Source: Patescibacteria group bacterium | Lineage (GTDB): Bacteria > Patescibacteriota > JABMPQ01 | Direction: 5' to 3' | DNA length: 64,000 bases | Assembly (NCBI GenBank): GCA_018818965.1 | Contig: JAHJQX010000010.1 | Span: 4,579 to 68,578 of the forward strand | Shown: positions 37,702 through 46,342 of the stretch, piece after piece | Numbering within the stretch: the first letter of the stretch is position 1 | Layout of the letters: each line of letters opens with the position of its first letter | Translations under genes and position numbers: made by a program | Notes under the pieces: model-generated | Database searches by the model: none | Told to the model about the DNA's origin: nothing | Seen by the model: the letters and a program-made list of their open reading frames with translations, nothing else

Positions 37702-38712
37702 TTATTTTTTTGCTGATAGAACACTGCGCTTGTATGAGTCTAAGTTCTCCAACGCAATTCCGTTACCTTTGGCTACGCAAAGCAATGGATCCTCGGCCAC
37801 ATAACACAAAACACCGATTGATTTAGTAACTAAAGTATCCAGGCCTCGTAACAAAGCTCCCCCACCAGTTAATACTATTCCTTTATCAATGACATCGGCA
37901 GATAATTCTGGTGGAGTTTCTTGCAAGACAGATTTAATCGTTTGCAGCATTTCCCGTAGTTCATTCTTAATCGATTCTGCTACCTCATTAGAACAAATTT
38001 TGATAGTTTGGGGTAAGCCAGACACCATGTCCCGACCTTTAATCTCCATACATTGCTCTTTTTTAACCGGAATAGCCGAACCGATCTTGATTTTGATTTC
38101 TTCGGCCGTTCGGTCGCCAATGGCCAAACCATGTTTTCTTCTAACGTAATCGGTTATGGCTTGATCAAGCTTGTCGCCAGCGATGCGAACAGAACTAGCA
38201 GCTACAATACCACCCAGAGAAATAACAGCGACTTCGGTAGTACCACCACCAATATCAATTACCATGTTACCACTGGATTGAGCAATCGGAATTCCCGCTC
38301 CAATTGCCGCTGCCACTGGCTCTTTGATAACATAGGCTGCTTTAGCTCCAGCTTGGATAGTGGCATCGATCACTGCTCGTCGCTCAGTGCTAGTAATCCC
38401 CGCTGGAATCGAAACCATTACTTCGGGACGAAACATGCGGATATTACCAATTGCTTTAGTAATAAAATATTTAAGCATCGCCTCTGTCACCCGATAGTCA
38501 GCTATCACTCCATCTTTGAGGGGTCGGGAAGCAACGATTGTGTCGGGTGTTTTGCCCAACATCATCTTGGCTTCATTCCCTACCGCTAGAATTGAATTGT
38601 CGTCCATCGAAACTGCCACGACTGAAGGTTCATCAATGACAATTCCCCTGCCAGGGACATATACTAGTGTATTGGCCGTACCCAAATCAATACCAACTTT
38701 CTTAACAAACAT
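37702..38712 (-). CDS. mreB: second MreB-family actin homolog (MreB/Mbl paralog)
   Basis: 336 aa. KVGIDLGTANTLVYV and DIGGGTTEVAVISLGG. Recognisably related to the 29449..30510 copy over its full length but clearly divergent. Confidence 0.9.
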   Translation of the reverse strand: MFVKKVGIDLGTANTLVYVPGRGIVIDEPSVVAVSMDDNSILAVGNEAKMMLGKTPDTIVASRPLKDGVIADYRVTEAMLKYFITKAIGNIRMFRPEVMVSIPAGITSTERRAVIDATIQAGAKAAYVIKEPVAAAIGAGIPIAQSSGNMVIDIGGGTTEVAVISLGGIVAASSVRIAGDKLDQAITDYVRRKHGLAIGDRTAEEIKIKIGSAIPVKKEQCMEIKGRDMVSGLPQTIKICSNEVAESIKNELREMLQTIKSVLQETPPELSADVIDKGIVLTGGGALLRGLDTLVTKSIGVLCYVAEDPLLCVAKGNGIALENLDSYKRSVLSAKK

Positions 38713-38811
38713 GTTTTATGATTAAACGCAGATCTCAACGACTATAGCATTAGAGTGAGAAAATGCAAGATTAATAGATTAAAAGCCTGGACGATAACCT
38801 TGCGTTTTCGT

Positions 38812-40068
38812 TTATTCCACCCGCCTAATATCCGCTCCTAATTTCTTTAGCCTGCTCTCAATATCCTCATAGCCCCGGTCGATTTGGAAAGCATTGCCAA
38901 TTTCACTTTTCCCTTCAGCTATCAAAGCAGCTAAAACCAGAGCAATCCCCGCTCTTAAATCTGGGCTGATCAAGGTAGTGCCGTATAATTTAGTTGGGCC
39001 ATTTACTACCACCCGATGAGGATCACACATGGTAATATTGGCTCCCATTTTGTTTAAGCTATCAGTGTAGAAAAGACGGCCTTCGTATATAGTCTCGTGG
39101 ATTAAACTTGCGCCCTTAGCTTGCGTCATTAATACCGTGAAGGGAGCTTGAAGATCGGTAGCAAAGCCCGGATATTCGTGCGTCCTGGCCTCACAGGCCT
39201 TCAATCTACTAGCTGCTTTAACTTTCACCGTCTGTTTGCCTATCTTGCATTCTACCCCTGCCTTAGCCAGCATTTTCCAAAACACTTCCAGGTGGCTCGG
39301 ATCACAATTAGTTATTTGAACTTCCTTCCCAGTCAATGCCCCTAAAATAGCAAAGGTGCCAGTTTCAATCCGATCCGGGATTATTTTGTAACGGCTGCCT
39401 GTTAACCCCTTAATCCCCTTAATTTTGATCTCTCCTGCTTCTGAACAATTTATTTGTGCACCGCTCTGCTGTAAAAATTGGCAAAGAGCAACTACTTCAG
39501 GTTCGCGAGCGGCATTGATTAACTTAGTTTCACCGCGGGCCAATACTGAGGCCATAATCATACTTTCCGTAACAGTATGAGAAATCCAGGGGAAAACATA
39601 CCGGCAACCCGTTAATTGCTGAGCCTTGATATGATAAAAATTTTCCTTTCCGCTGACCTCTGCCCCAAGAGCTCGATATCCTTCTAAAAACATATCGATT
39701 GGCCTTTTTCCGAGAATGCAACCACCAGGATGGGGAAATTTAACTTCACCAAAACGGGCTAATAAAGGAGCGACAAACATGATCGAGGACCTGATTTTAG
39801 CCGCTAGATCAGCTGGAAGCTCACTTTTGTTAATACTCTTCCCCTGAATGATATACTCCCCCTTGCCTTCCTTGGTCACTTTGGCTCCTAAGTGCTCTAG
39901 AATATTAACCATCAAAAATACTTCTTCAATCTCTGGAACATTAGTAAAGCGACATTCTCCTGGTATTAAAACAGAAGCTGCTAATAATTTAAGCGCGCAG
40001 TTCTTGGCACCGGCAACAGCAATTTCTCCCTCTAATTCATTTTGTCCCTGGATAACAAATTTACTCAT
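38812..40068 (-). CDS. murA: UDP-N-acetylglucosamine 1-carboxyvinyltransferase
   Basis: 418 aa. Full-length EPT fold with the active-site Cys region (...HPGGCILGKRPID...). Confidence 0.95.
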   Translation of the reverse strand: MSKFVIQGQNELEGEIAVAGAKNCALKLLAASVLIPGECRFTNVPEIEEVFLMVNILEHLGAKVTKEGKGEYIIQGKSINKSELPADLAAKIRSSIMFVAPLLARFGEVKFPHPGGCILGKRPIDMFLEGYRALGAEVSGKENFYHIKAQQLTGCRYVFPWISHTVTESMIMASVLARGETKLINAAREPEVVALCQFLQQSGAQINCSEAGEIKIKGIKGLTGSRYKIIPDRIETGTFAILGALTGKEVQITNCDPSHLEVFWKMLAKAGVECKIGKQTVKVKAASRLKACEARTHEYPGFATDLQAPFTVLMTQAKGASLIHETIYEGRLFYTDSLNKMGANITMCDPHRVVVNGPTKLYGTTLISPDLRAGIALVLAALIAEGKSEIGNAFQIDRGYEDIESRLKKLGADIRRVE

Positions 40069-40130
40069 ATGTCAAATCAATTACTATCCATTATAGCTAA
40101 AAATAACTGTTTGGCAATTAAAAACTTGCT

Positions 40131-40162
40131 TTGACAGATTAGAGACAACCTGTTATTTTATA
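40131..40162 (+). promoter_or_regulatory. putative promoter TTGACA-N17-TGtTATTTT for the PEGA-domain gene
   Basis: -35 at 40131-40136 and extended -10 TGTTATTTT at 40151-40159, about 30 nt upstream of the ATG at 40189. Confidence 0.35.
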
Positions 40163-40188
40163 GCCAAGAAAACAATCAATAAAATTAG

Positions 40189-41604
40189 ATGAAACGTTGG
40201 AAGCGAAAAATATTCTTTATCCTAGCCATTATAATTTTTTTATTGGTCTCGCCTTTAGCCATTCTTTATACCAGTGGCTATCGCTATGATTTTGCTGATA
40301 AATCCCTAAAGAAAATAGGGATGATTATTGTTAAATCGGTACCAGAAGAAGCTGATGTTCATTTAAATGATCAGTATATGACTAATAAAACTCCCTACAA
40401 AGAAACTAGTCTTTTCCCTGACACCTACAATATTAAAATTACCAAAGAAGGGTACACTACCTGGGAGAAAAATTTAACAGTAGAATCAAAACTAGTTACT
40501 TGGATTAGTAAAGCTAGGATATTTAAGCTTAAACCGCCTACTCGGATCCTAGTCGAACAACCCCAGATTGCCGATTATTCTCTGGCACCTGATTATAAAA
40601 AGATAGTCCTGACTGTACCACAAGAAGAAGGATCAGAATTATGGCTAGTGAACATTGATGATTTACATCAAGAAAAGTTGTTCCCCTTAGAATCCATTCC
40701 GGTCAATCAGCAGAAAGGCTCTCTGTCAAACATCCGTTGGTCACCGGATAGCCGTAAGGTTCTATTTAACCTCACTACCGGCGATAATACTCATCATTGG
40801 ATTGTTAACACAACAAAGTTGACTGAATCTATATTTTTGCCGAATACTAATCTTCAACAACTAATTTGGGATACCCAGGACGCTGATTTTATTTACTACC
40901 TTGACAATAATAATTTAACTAGTGTCAACTTGGCTCAGCTAAACAAAACTGTCGTCATCGCCCAAAATGTTGTAAGTTACGACCTTGCCTCACGTAGTAT
41001 TTTTTATCTTAAAAGAGAATTAGAGGGAAAAGGACTAGCAATATTCAATATTACTAAAAACCAAAACGAACGAGACTACGAACCATCGCCTATATCACAA
41101 TTGCCCGGTGATAATTATATTCTAAAAGTTTCGCCATCAGAAAAGCTAGCTTTGTTAGCTGACAATAAATCACTTTTCCTTTCTGACGGACAGGAATTTA
41201 AGAAATTAAAGGATCGCGTGGTTGACTTCGATTGGACGGAAAAAAATGACGGCTTAGTATTCTGCACCGAAAATGAAATTTGGTATTATAAAGTAGAGAA
41301 AGATGAAAAATTAAACAGTCATCCTCAGTACAACCTTAATCAGGTCAACCTTTTTACCCGCTACAGTACTAAAATCGATCTAGCGATTTGGCACCCCGAT
41401 GAGGAACATATCATTTTTGCCACCAACAACAAATTATACATCAAGGAATTAGATAGCCGCGATAAAGCTAACAGCGCTGAATTGGCAGTGGATTTCCCCA
41501 GTGATGATCAACAAAAAGTCTGGTTTGATAAGAAAGGGCAGAAGATCTATCACAAAAGCTCCCTGGATAAGCTGGATGCTTTAGTGGAAAAAGAGATATA
41601 CTAG
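40189..41604 (+). CDS. PEGA-domain / beta-propeller (TolB-like) membrane-anchored protein
   Basis: 471 aa. N-terminal TM, a PEGA-like beta-sandwich (...ADVHLNDQYMTNKTPYKETSLFPDTYNIKITKEGY...) and repeats resembling a WD40/TolB-like propeller. Confidence 0.55.
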   Translation: MKRWKRKIFFILAIIIFLLVSPLAILYTSGYRYDFADKSLKKIGMIIVKSVPEEADVHLNDQYMTNKTPYKETSLFPDTYNIKITKEGYTTWEKNLTVESKLVTWISKARIFKLKPPTRILVEQPQIADYSLAPDYKKIVLTVPQEEGSELWLVNIDDLHQEKLFPLESIPVNQQKGSLSNIRWSPDSRKVLFNLTTGDNTHHWIVNTTKLTESIFLPNTNLQQLIWDTQDADFIYYLDNNNLTSVNLAQLNKTVVIAQNVVSYDLASRSIFYLKRELEGKGLAIFNITKNQNERDYEPSPISQLPGDNYILKVSPSEKLALLADNKSLFLSDGQEFKKLKDRVVDFDWTEKNDGLVFCTENEIWYYKVEKDEKLNSHPQYNLNQVNLFTRYSTKIDLAIWHPDEEHIIFATNNKLYIKELDSRDKANSAELAVDFPSDDQQKVWFDKKGQKIYHKSSLDKLDALVEKEIY

Positions 41605-41661
41605 AGGACTGTTGCCAAACAATCCCTCCCAATAAAAAAAGCGAGGACGGCCGCAAACTAC

Positions 41662-41877
41662 CTAAGTCCTCTGCTGTTCAATCCCTCTCCTTCTCAGCTC
41701 TCGGCCAGTGACATTGTGCACCCGGCCAACTTCTGTGCGGCAAGTACCGCACTTGTACACAATATCGTACCGACCTCCGTCCTCCTTTGGTACTATCTTG
41801 GTAGTCATTCCGGTCTTAGCAGTCTCCTGTTGACAACCAGGGCAGGTTTTTTTAATCGACATTGTCACACCTCTCAC
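41662..41877 (-). CDS. small Cys4 zinc-ribbon protein (hypothetical)
   Basis: 66-71 aa. C-P-G-C...C-G-T-C spacing. Lies directly downstream of rpsI in the same orientation. No family assigned. Confidence 0.35.
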   Translation of the reverse strand: MRGVTMSIKKTCPGCQQETAKTGMTTKIVPKEDGGRYDIVYKCGTCRTEVGRVHNVTGRELRRRGIEQQRT

Positions 41878-41990
41878 CCTTTGATGCTCGGGGTAGTGAT
41901 ATGTAATGAAACAAAGAACATCAACCTATAAGATACTGCCCATAATAGCTCCGGTCATAATCGACCCAGAGCTGCATATAAATATAATGA

Positions 41991-42476
41991 TTAGCGCTTC
42001 TGCCACTGAGGAGCCCGTCGTGCTTTCTTGAGACCACACTTTTTCCGTTCCTTCATGCGAGGATCCCTCTTAAGAAATCCTGCCTGCTTGAGCGGTATTC
42101 TTAATCCTTGGTCATTTTTTTCTAAAGCCCGAGCAATGCCATGACGGACTGCTTCCGCTTGACCTTTTACTCCGCCTCCTTTTACCTTCACCGTAATATC
42201 AAAACCATCAGTCTCGCCTGTCAGCACTAGAGCCTGGCGGACAAAGTGTTGTAACTCGGCAGTGGGGAAATATTCTTTATAATTTTTGCCATTGACTGTA
42301 ATACTACCCTTCCCTTTTTGATAGAGACGCACGCGGGCAACTGCTTCTTTACGCCGACCAGTCGCATAAACATAGCGTCCTGGTTTTTGAGCCGGAGTTG
42401 TTTTATTTTTAGAACTCTCGGCCTGACTATTGGCACTTTTCTTGACAGTATTTTTGACTTTTGCAACAACACTCAT
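41991..42476 (-). CDS. rpsI: 30S ribosomal protein S9 with an N-terminal extension of about 35 aa
   Basis: Core ...[13 protein letters not shown]...[19 protein letters not shown]...[12 protein letters not shown]. Confidence 0.9.
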   Translation of the reverse strand: MSVVAKVKNTVKKSANSQAESSKNKTTPAQKPGRYVYATGRRKEAVARVRLYQKGKGSITVNGKNYKEYFPTAELQHFVRQALVLTGETDGFDITVKVKGGGVKGQAEAVRHGIARALEKNDQGLRIPLKQAGFLKRDPRMKERKKCGLKKARRAPQWQKR

Positions 42477-42491
42477 AAATAAAATATTTTA

Positions 42492-42920
42492 CTATTTTTT
42501 AAATTGATCTTGGTAGGGATGTTCCTCGCTACCATATATCTTCAAGCGGACTAGACGCTCTCGCCGTAATCTATTCTTGGGTAACATCCCCCGCACTGCT
42601 TCTCTCACCACCCAAGTTGATCCTCGTTGCGCTAATTTTCCGGCCAAGTCCTTAGAACGCAATCCACCGGGATAACCAGAATAATGGTGATAAATTTTAC
42701 CTTTAAGCTTGCCGGCGGGAATATTAAGCTTGTCAGTATTAACCACTACTACATAACCTCCTTTGTCCTCATGCGGCAGATAGTCAGATCGGTTTTTCCC
42801 CGTCAAAAAAGTAGCAATTTGCGTAGCTATTCTCCCTAGAGAGGCCTCCTTGGCATCAACCAGATACCAAGCTCTAGGATTTATCTTTTCCTTATCTTTC
42901 TTGTTAGTTGTTTTAGTCAT
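42492..42920 (-). CDS. rplM: 50S ribosomal protein L13
   Basis: 142 aa. ...WYLVDAKEASLGRIAT... Confidence 0.95.
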   Translation of the reverse strand: MTKTTNKKDKEKINPRAWYLVDAKEASLGRIATQIATFLTGKNRSDYLPHEDKGGYVVVVNTDKLNIPAGKLKGKIYHHYSGYPGGLRSKDLAGKLAQRGSTWVVREAVRGMLPKNRLRRERLVRLKIYGSEEHPYQDQFKK

Positions 42921-42938
42921 AAAGTGTAAAACAGATTT

Positions 42939-43292
42939 TTACAATAATTCGATTTGCACCATGGTTGCTCCATCACCCTGACGACGATCCAGCTTGAGTA
43001 TTCTAGTATAGCCACCTGGCTTATTTTTGTACTTCTTGCTAAGCTCGGTCTTTAATTTCTTCTCGGCCGTCTTATTATTCAATAAGCTCTGAAGGCGTCG
43101 TTTAGTACTTAAATCACTCTGTCTGCTTAGAGTGATTAGTTTCTCAATAATGGGTTGGAGTAATCTAGCTTTCTTGGTGGTTGTCTTCAGCTTTTCATTT
43201 AAAATCAAAGAAGCGGTCAGATTACGATATAAAAGCTTATTTTGACTATTAGCCTTTGCCCCAATTTTTCGCTTGTTTTTCCGGTGACGCAT
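42939..43292 (-). CDS. rplQ: 50S ribosomal protein L17
   Basis: 117 aa. MRHRKNKRKIG... Confidence 0.95.
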   Translation of the reverse strand: MRHRKNKRKIGAKANSQNKLLYRNLTASLILNEKLKTTTKKARLLQPIIEKLITLSRQSDLSTKRRLQSLLNNKTAEKKLKTELSKKYKNKPGGYTRILKLDRRQGDGATMVQIELL

Positions 43293-43295
43293 TTT

Positions 43296-44255
43296 TTACT
43301 CTGGTAAAGTTAAATCAATTTTCTTTAAAGCGCGCTTGATCTCATCGAGAGCGGTCTGACCCAAGCCTTCAAGAGCCAGTAGATCTTTTTCTGCCCTTTT
43401 AGCTAAATCATCAATTGTTCTAATCTTGGCTTTACTGAGAGCATTAAACGTTCGAGTGGAAAAATTCAACTCTTGGATAGGAGTACCTGCGCCTTCAGTC
43501 TGCTCTTCTTTGGCTTGTTGCTCGACCAAGGCTTGCTCTTCTTCTTCTGCTGCTGCCTTCTTGATAGCTTCTTCTGGATTAGCTAAAAAATTGAACTGAT
43601 TAACTAATACCTTGGCAGCTTCGTTGAAAGCATCCAGAGGAGTGATAGTCCCATCAGTTTTAATGTTGATGACTAATTTATCATAATCAGTCCTTTTTCC
43701 CAAACGAATATTCTCTACCTCATAGCCAACCTTCAATACGGGCGTAAAAATAGAATCTACTAGGATTGTTCCTACCTCTAAATCTTTAGCGCTCTTTTGC
43801 TCAGTAGGGATATAGCCACGACCTTTTTCGACGGTAATTTCCATATCCAGCTCGGCATCTTTATGCGTCCCGGTGGCGATCACCAAATCCGGATTAGCAA
43901 TCTTGACATCAGCTGACACTTCAATGTCAGCTGCTTTAACTTCTTTGGCTCCCTGGCTGATGAGTTTTAATTTAACTGGCTCTTCAGTAAACATCGCTAG
44001 GCGTAAAGATTTTAGATTCATAATAATCTCTACTGTATCTTCCTTAACATTCTCAATTGTAGAAAATTCATGGTCTACCCCTTTAATCTTTACTGCTGAT
44101 ACGGCCGCTCCAGGCAACGAGGACAAGAGTACGCGTCTCATAGTGTTACCTAAGGTAGTACCATAGCCAGGATAACAAGGTTCGACGATCACCGCTGCCT
44201 CATTTTCACCCTTCTCTTCTAATTTTATTTTACTAGGTAGAGTAATTTCTTCCAT
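43296..44255 (-). CDS. rpoA: DNA-directed RNA polymerase alpha subunit
   Basis: 319 aa. NTD (...GYGTTLGNTMRRVLLSS...) and alpha-CTD (...FSTRTFNALSKAKI...). Confidence 0.95.
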   Translation of the reverse strand: MEEITLPSKIKLEEKGENEAAVIVEPCYPGYGTTLGNTMRRVLLSSLPGAAVSAVKIKGVDHEFSTIENVKEDTVEIIMNLKSLRLAMFTEEPVKLKLISQGAKEVKAADIEVSADVKIANPDLVIATGTHKDAELDMEITVEKGRGYIPTEQKSAKDLEVGTILVDSIFTPVLKVGYEVENIRLGKRTDYDKLVINIKTDGTITPLDAFNEAAKVLVNQFNFLANPEEAIKKAAAEEEEQALVEQQAKEEQTEGAGTPIQELNFSTRTFNALSKAKIRTIDDLAKRAEKDLLALEGLGQTALDEIKRALKKIDLTLPE

Positions 44256-44292
44256 GATGTTTTTCCTTTATTAAATATGGGGAACTAATAAC

Positions 44293-44925
44293 TTAACGTG
44301 AATAAAATTCAACAATAAGACTAGTATTTATTTTATGACCAACGTCATCTAGGGTAGGTTCACGAACTATTTTACCAGTGGCATTTTTGGTATTCACCTC
44401 AAGCCATGACGGCACCTCTTCTTTTCTAATCTCCTTGATTATATTAGCAAAACCTTTCTTTTGCCGAGTAGCTTTGGTCACCTCAATGACATCTCCCACT
44501 TTAACTGAATAGGAGGGGATTGTCACTCTCTGGTCATTAACACGTACGTGACCATGCGATACCATCTGCCTAGCCTGAGAACGTGATTTTGTTAAAGATA
44601 AACGGAAAACAACATTATCTAATCTTTTTTCTAGCAACTGGATTATAGTTTTACCAGTAGCGCTTTGTTTCTTATTTGCTTCCAGATAATAATTACGTAA
44701 TTGTTTCTCCAAAACATTATAGAACTTTTGGGCTTTTCGCTTTTCCCGTAACTGCACGCCATATTCTGATATCTTCCTTCTTGACTGATTCTGTCCAGTC
44801 TGGCCAGGAGGATAGTTTCTTTTTACTGCTGCACATTTCTGGGTAAAACAACGCTCCCCTTTCAAAAAAAGTTTTTCCCCCTCCCGACGACACTGCTTAC
44901 ATTTTGGATCTAAATTCCTGGCCAT
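44293..44925 (-). CDS. rpsD: 30S ribosomal protein S4
   Basis: 210 aa. N-terminal zinc-finger-like MARNLDPKCKQCRREG and an S4 RNA-binding domain. Confidence 0.95.
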   Translation of the reverse strand: MARNLDPKCKQCRREGEKLFLKGERCFTQKCAAVKRNYPPGQTGQNQSRRKISEYGVQLREKRKAQKFYNVLEKQLRNYYLEANKKQSATGKTIIQLLEKRLDNVVFRLSLTKSRSQARQMVSHGHVRVNDQRVTIPSYSVKVGDVIEVTKATRQKKGFANIIKEIRKEEVPSWLEVNTKNATGKIVREPTLDDVGHKINTSLIVEFYSR

Positions 44926-44961
44926 ATTTAACTAGTTGGCTAAATAGTAGTAAATAATTAC

Positions 44962-45432
44962 CTAGACACGACGCACTTTCTTGAGCCGGCAACCATTATG
45001 GGGTACCGGGGTGACATCCTTGATAGAATTCACCGTCAGGCCGTAATTGTGTAAAGCTCTCACAGCTGATTCCCGTCCTCCACCAATACCTCTGACCGAG
45101 ACATCGACATCACTCAAACCAGTATCTTTGACTTTATCGATTAATTGCTTAACCACTTGGGTAGCAGCGTAGGGCGTAGACTTCTTCGCACCCCTAAAAC
45201 CTAAAGATCCTGCACTCTGCCAAGCTAGAGCATTACCCTGTAAATCGGTAACAGTAACAACCGTATTATTATAGGTTGATTTAATATAAACCTTGCCTCG
45301 AGTCAGTTTTCTCATCTTACTTTGACGAGCCGGTCGCTTTTTCGCCTTGACCTTGGAAACTGACTTGCTTGCAGCGTCTTTCGTTTCTGCTTTGGATTTA
45401 GTTGAAGATTCTTGCACTTTTTCTTCTGCCAT
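44962..45432 (-). CDS. rpsK: 30S ribosomal protein S11 with a Lys/Ser-rich N-terminal extension
   Basis: Core ...GKVYIKSTYNNTVVTVTDLQGNAL... The preferred start is MAEEK at 45432. The ORF track begins at an upstream Met at 45447. Confidence 0.9.
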   Translation of the reverse strand: MAEEKVQESSTKSKAETKDAASKSVSKVKAKKRPARQSKMRKLTRGKVYIKSTYNNTVVTVTDLQGNALAWQSAGSLGFRGAKKSTPYAATQVVKQLIDKVKDTGLSDVDVSVRGIGGGRESAVRALHNYGLTVNSIKDVTPVPHNGCRLKKVRRV

Positions 45433-45453
45433 ATAAATTAGCAACAATTAAGA

Positions 45454-45843
45454 TTAAGTTTTCTGGGCTGACGTTTTACGTCCACTGCCGGCAGTTTTAC
45501 GCGTATTACCACGCACCGTACGAGAATTAGTCTTAGTTCTTTGCCCCCGCGCTGGTAGATTTTTAACATGTCTTCCGCCTCGATAACAATTTATTTCTTT
45601 GAGTCGTTTGATATTCATCAGCACAATCCGCCGTAGTTCACCTTCTACCTTGTGGTTACTTTCAATTGACTGACGCAGATCATTTATCTCCCCTTCGGAC
45701 AGTTCTTTTATTCTCTTACTGGGATCAATACCTGCTTTAGTGACAATTCCTCTGCTCAAAGAACGACCGATACCATAAATATAAGTTAGGGCTATTTCAA
45801 CTCGCTTGTCGACGGGGATGTTAACCCCAGCTATTCTGGCCAT
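45454..45843 (-). CDS. rpsM: 30S ribosomal protein S13
   Basis: 129 aa. [10 protein letters not shown]... Confidence 0.95.
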   Translation of the reverse strand: MARIAGVNIPVDKRVEIALTYIYGIGRSLSRGIVTKAGIDPSKRIKELSEGEINDLRQSIESNHKVEGELRRIVLMNIKRLKEINCYRGGRHVKNLPARGQRTKTNSRTVRGNTRKTAGSGRKTSAQKT

Positions 45844-45870
45844 TACTAGTGTGAATTTATTAAGTAAGAT

Positions 45871-45984
45871 TTATCCTTGTCTTTGTTTGTGCCTCGGATT
45901 ACTGCAAATAATAAAAACCTTCCCCTTGCGGCGAACTACGCTACACTTTTCACAAATTTTCTTAACTGAAGTTTGGACTTTCAT
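45871..45984 (-). CDS. rpmJ: 50S ribosomal protein L36 (Zn-ribbon type); not in the supplied ORF track because it is under 60 aa
   Basis: Manual minus-strand translation gives [37 protein letters not shown] (37 aa, C-x2-C...C-x4-H). Starts 1 nt after the infA stop. Confidence 0.85.
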   Translation of the reverse strand: MKVQTSVKKICEKCSVVRRKGKVFIICSNPRHKQRQG

Positions 45985-45985
45985 T

Positions 45986-46279
45986 CTAACATCTCTTAGT
46001 TATTCTTCCCTTGGTCAAATCGTAAGGAGTCATTTCCATGATTACTCTGTCTCCTGGCAAAACTTTTATTAAATACATACGCATTTTCCCTGAAACATGA
46101 CCTAAGATTTCTTGTCCATTATCAAGTTTGATCTTGAATTTGGCATCAGGCAATGTCTCTAGCACAATTCCTTCCACTTCAATAACATTGGCTTTCTTTT
46201 TTTTGGTAGCCTCGCTGGCAATTGTCGATGTCTGATCTTGCTTTTTACTTTTATCCCAACTGGAAACATGTTTTGCCAT
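45986..46279 (-). CDS. infA: translation initiation factor IF-1 (S1-like OB fold), apparent N-terminal extension of about 30 aa
   Basis: Core ...[61 protein letters not shown]... The annotated ATG abuts a hairpin and T-run (see findings), so the true start is uncertain. Confidence 0.8.
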   Translation of the reverse strand: MAKHVSSWDKSKKQDQTSTIASEATKKKKANVIEVEGIVLETLPDAKFKIKLDNGQEILGHVSGKMRMYLIKVLPGDRVIMEMTPYDLTKGRITKRC

Positions 46280-46342
46280 AAAAAAAGGTAAAGGAAATTA
46301 TAAACCCTTTAGATAGTCCTAAATCGAGTTTAATTAATTAAT

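Noticed and set aside
38053-38589. 178-aa plus-strand ORF
   Set aside because: Lies entirely antisense within the well-supported mreB paralog. It is low-complexity with no start context and is a spurious frame.
40091-40117. Promoter for murA (TTGCCA-N15-TATAAT, minus strand)
   Set aside because: The spacer is only 15 nt. It is plausible but too weak to call.
41662-41877. Zn-ribbon ORF as ribosomal protein L33, L31 or L28
   Set aside because: The C-x2-C spacing and flanking residues do not match the L31, L33 or L28 consensus that I can recall. It is kept as a generic zinc-ribbon hypothetical.
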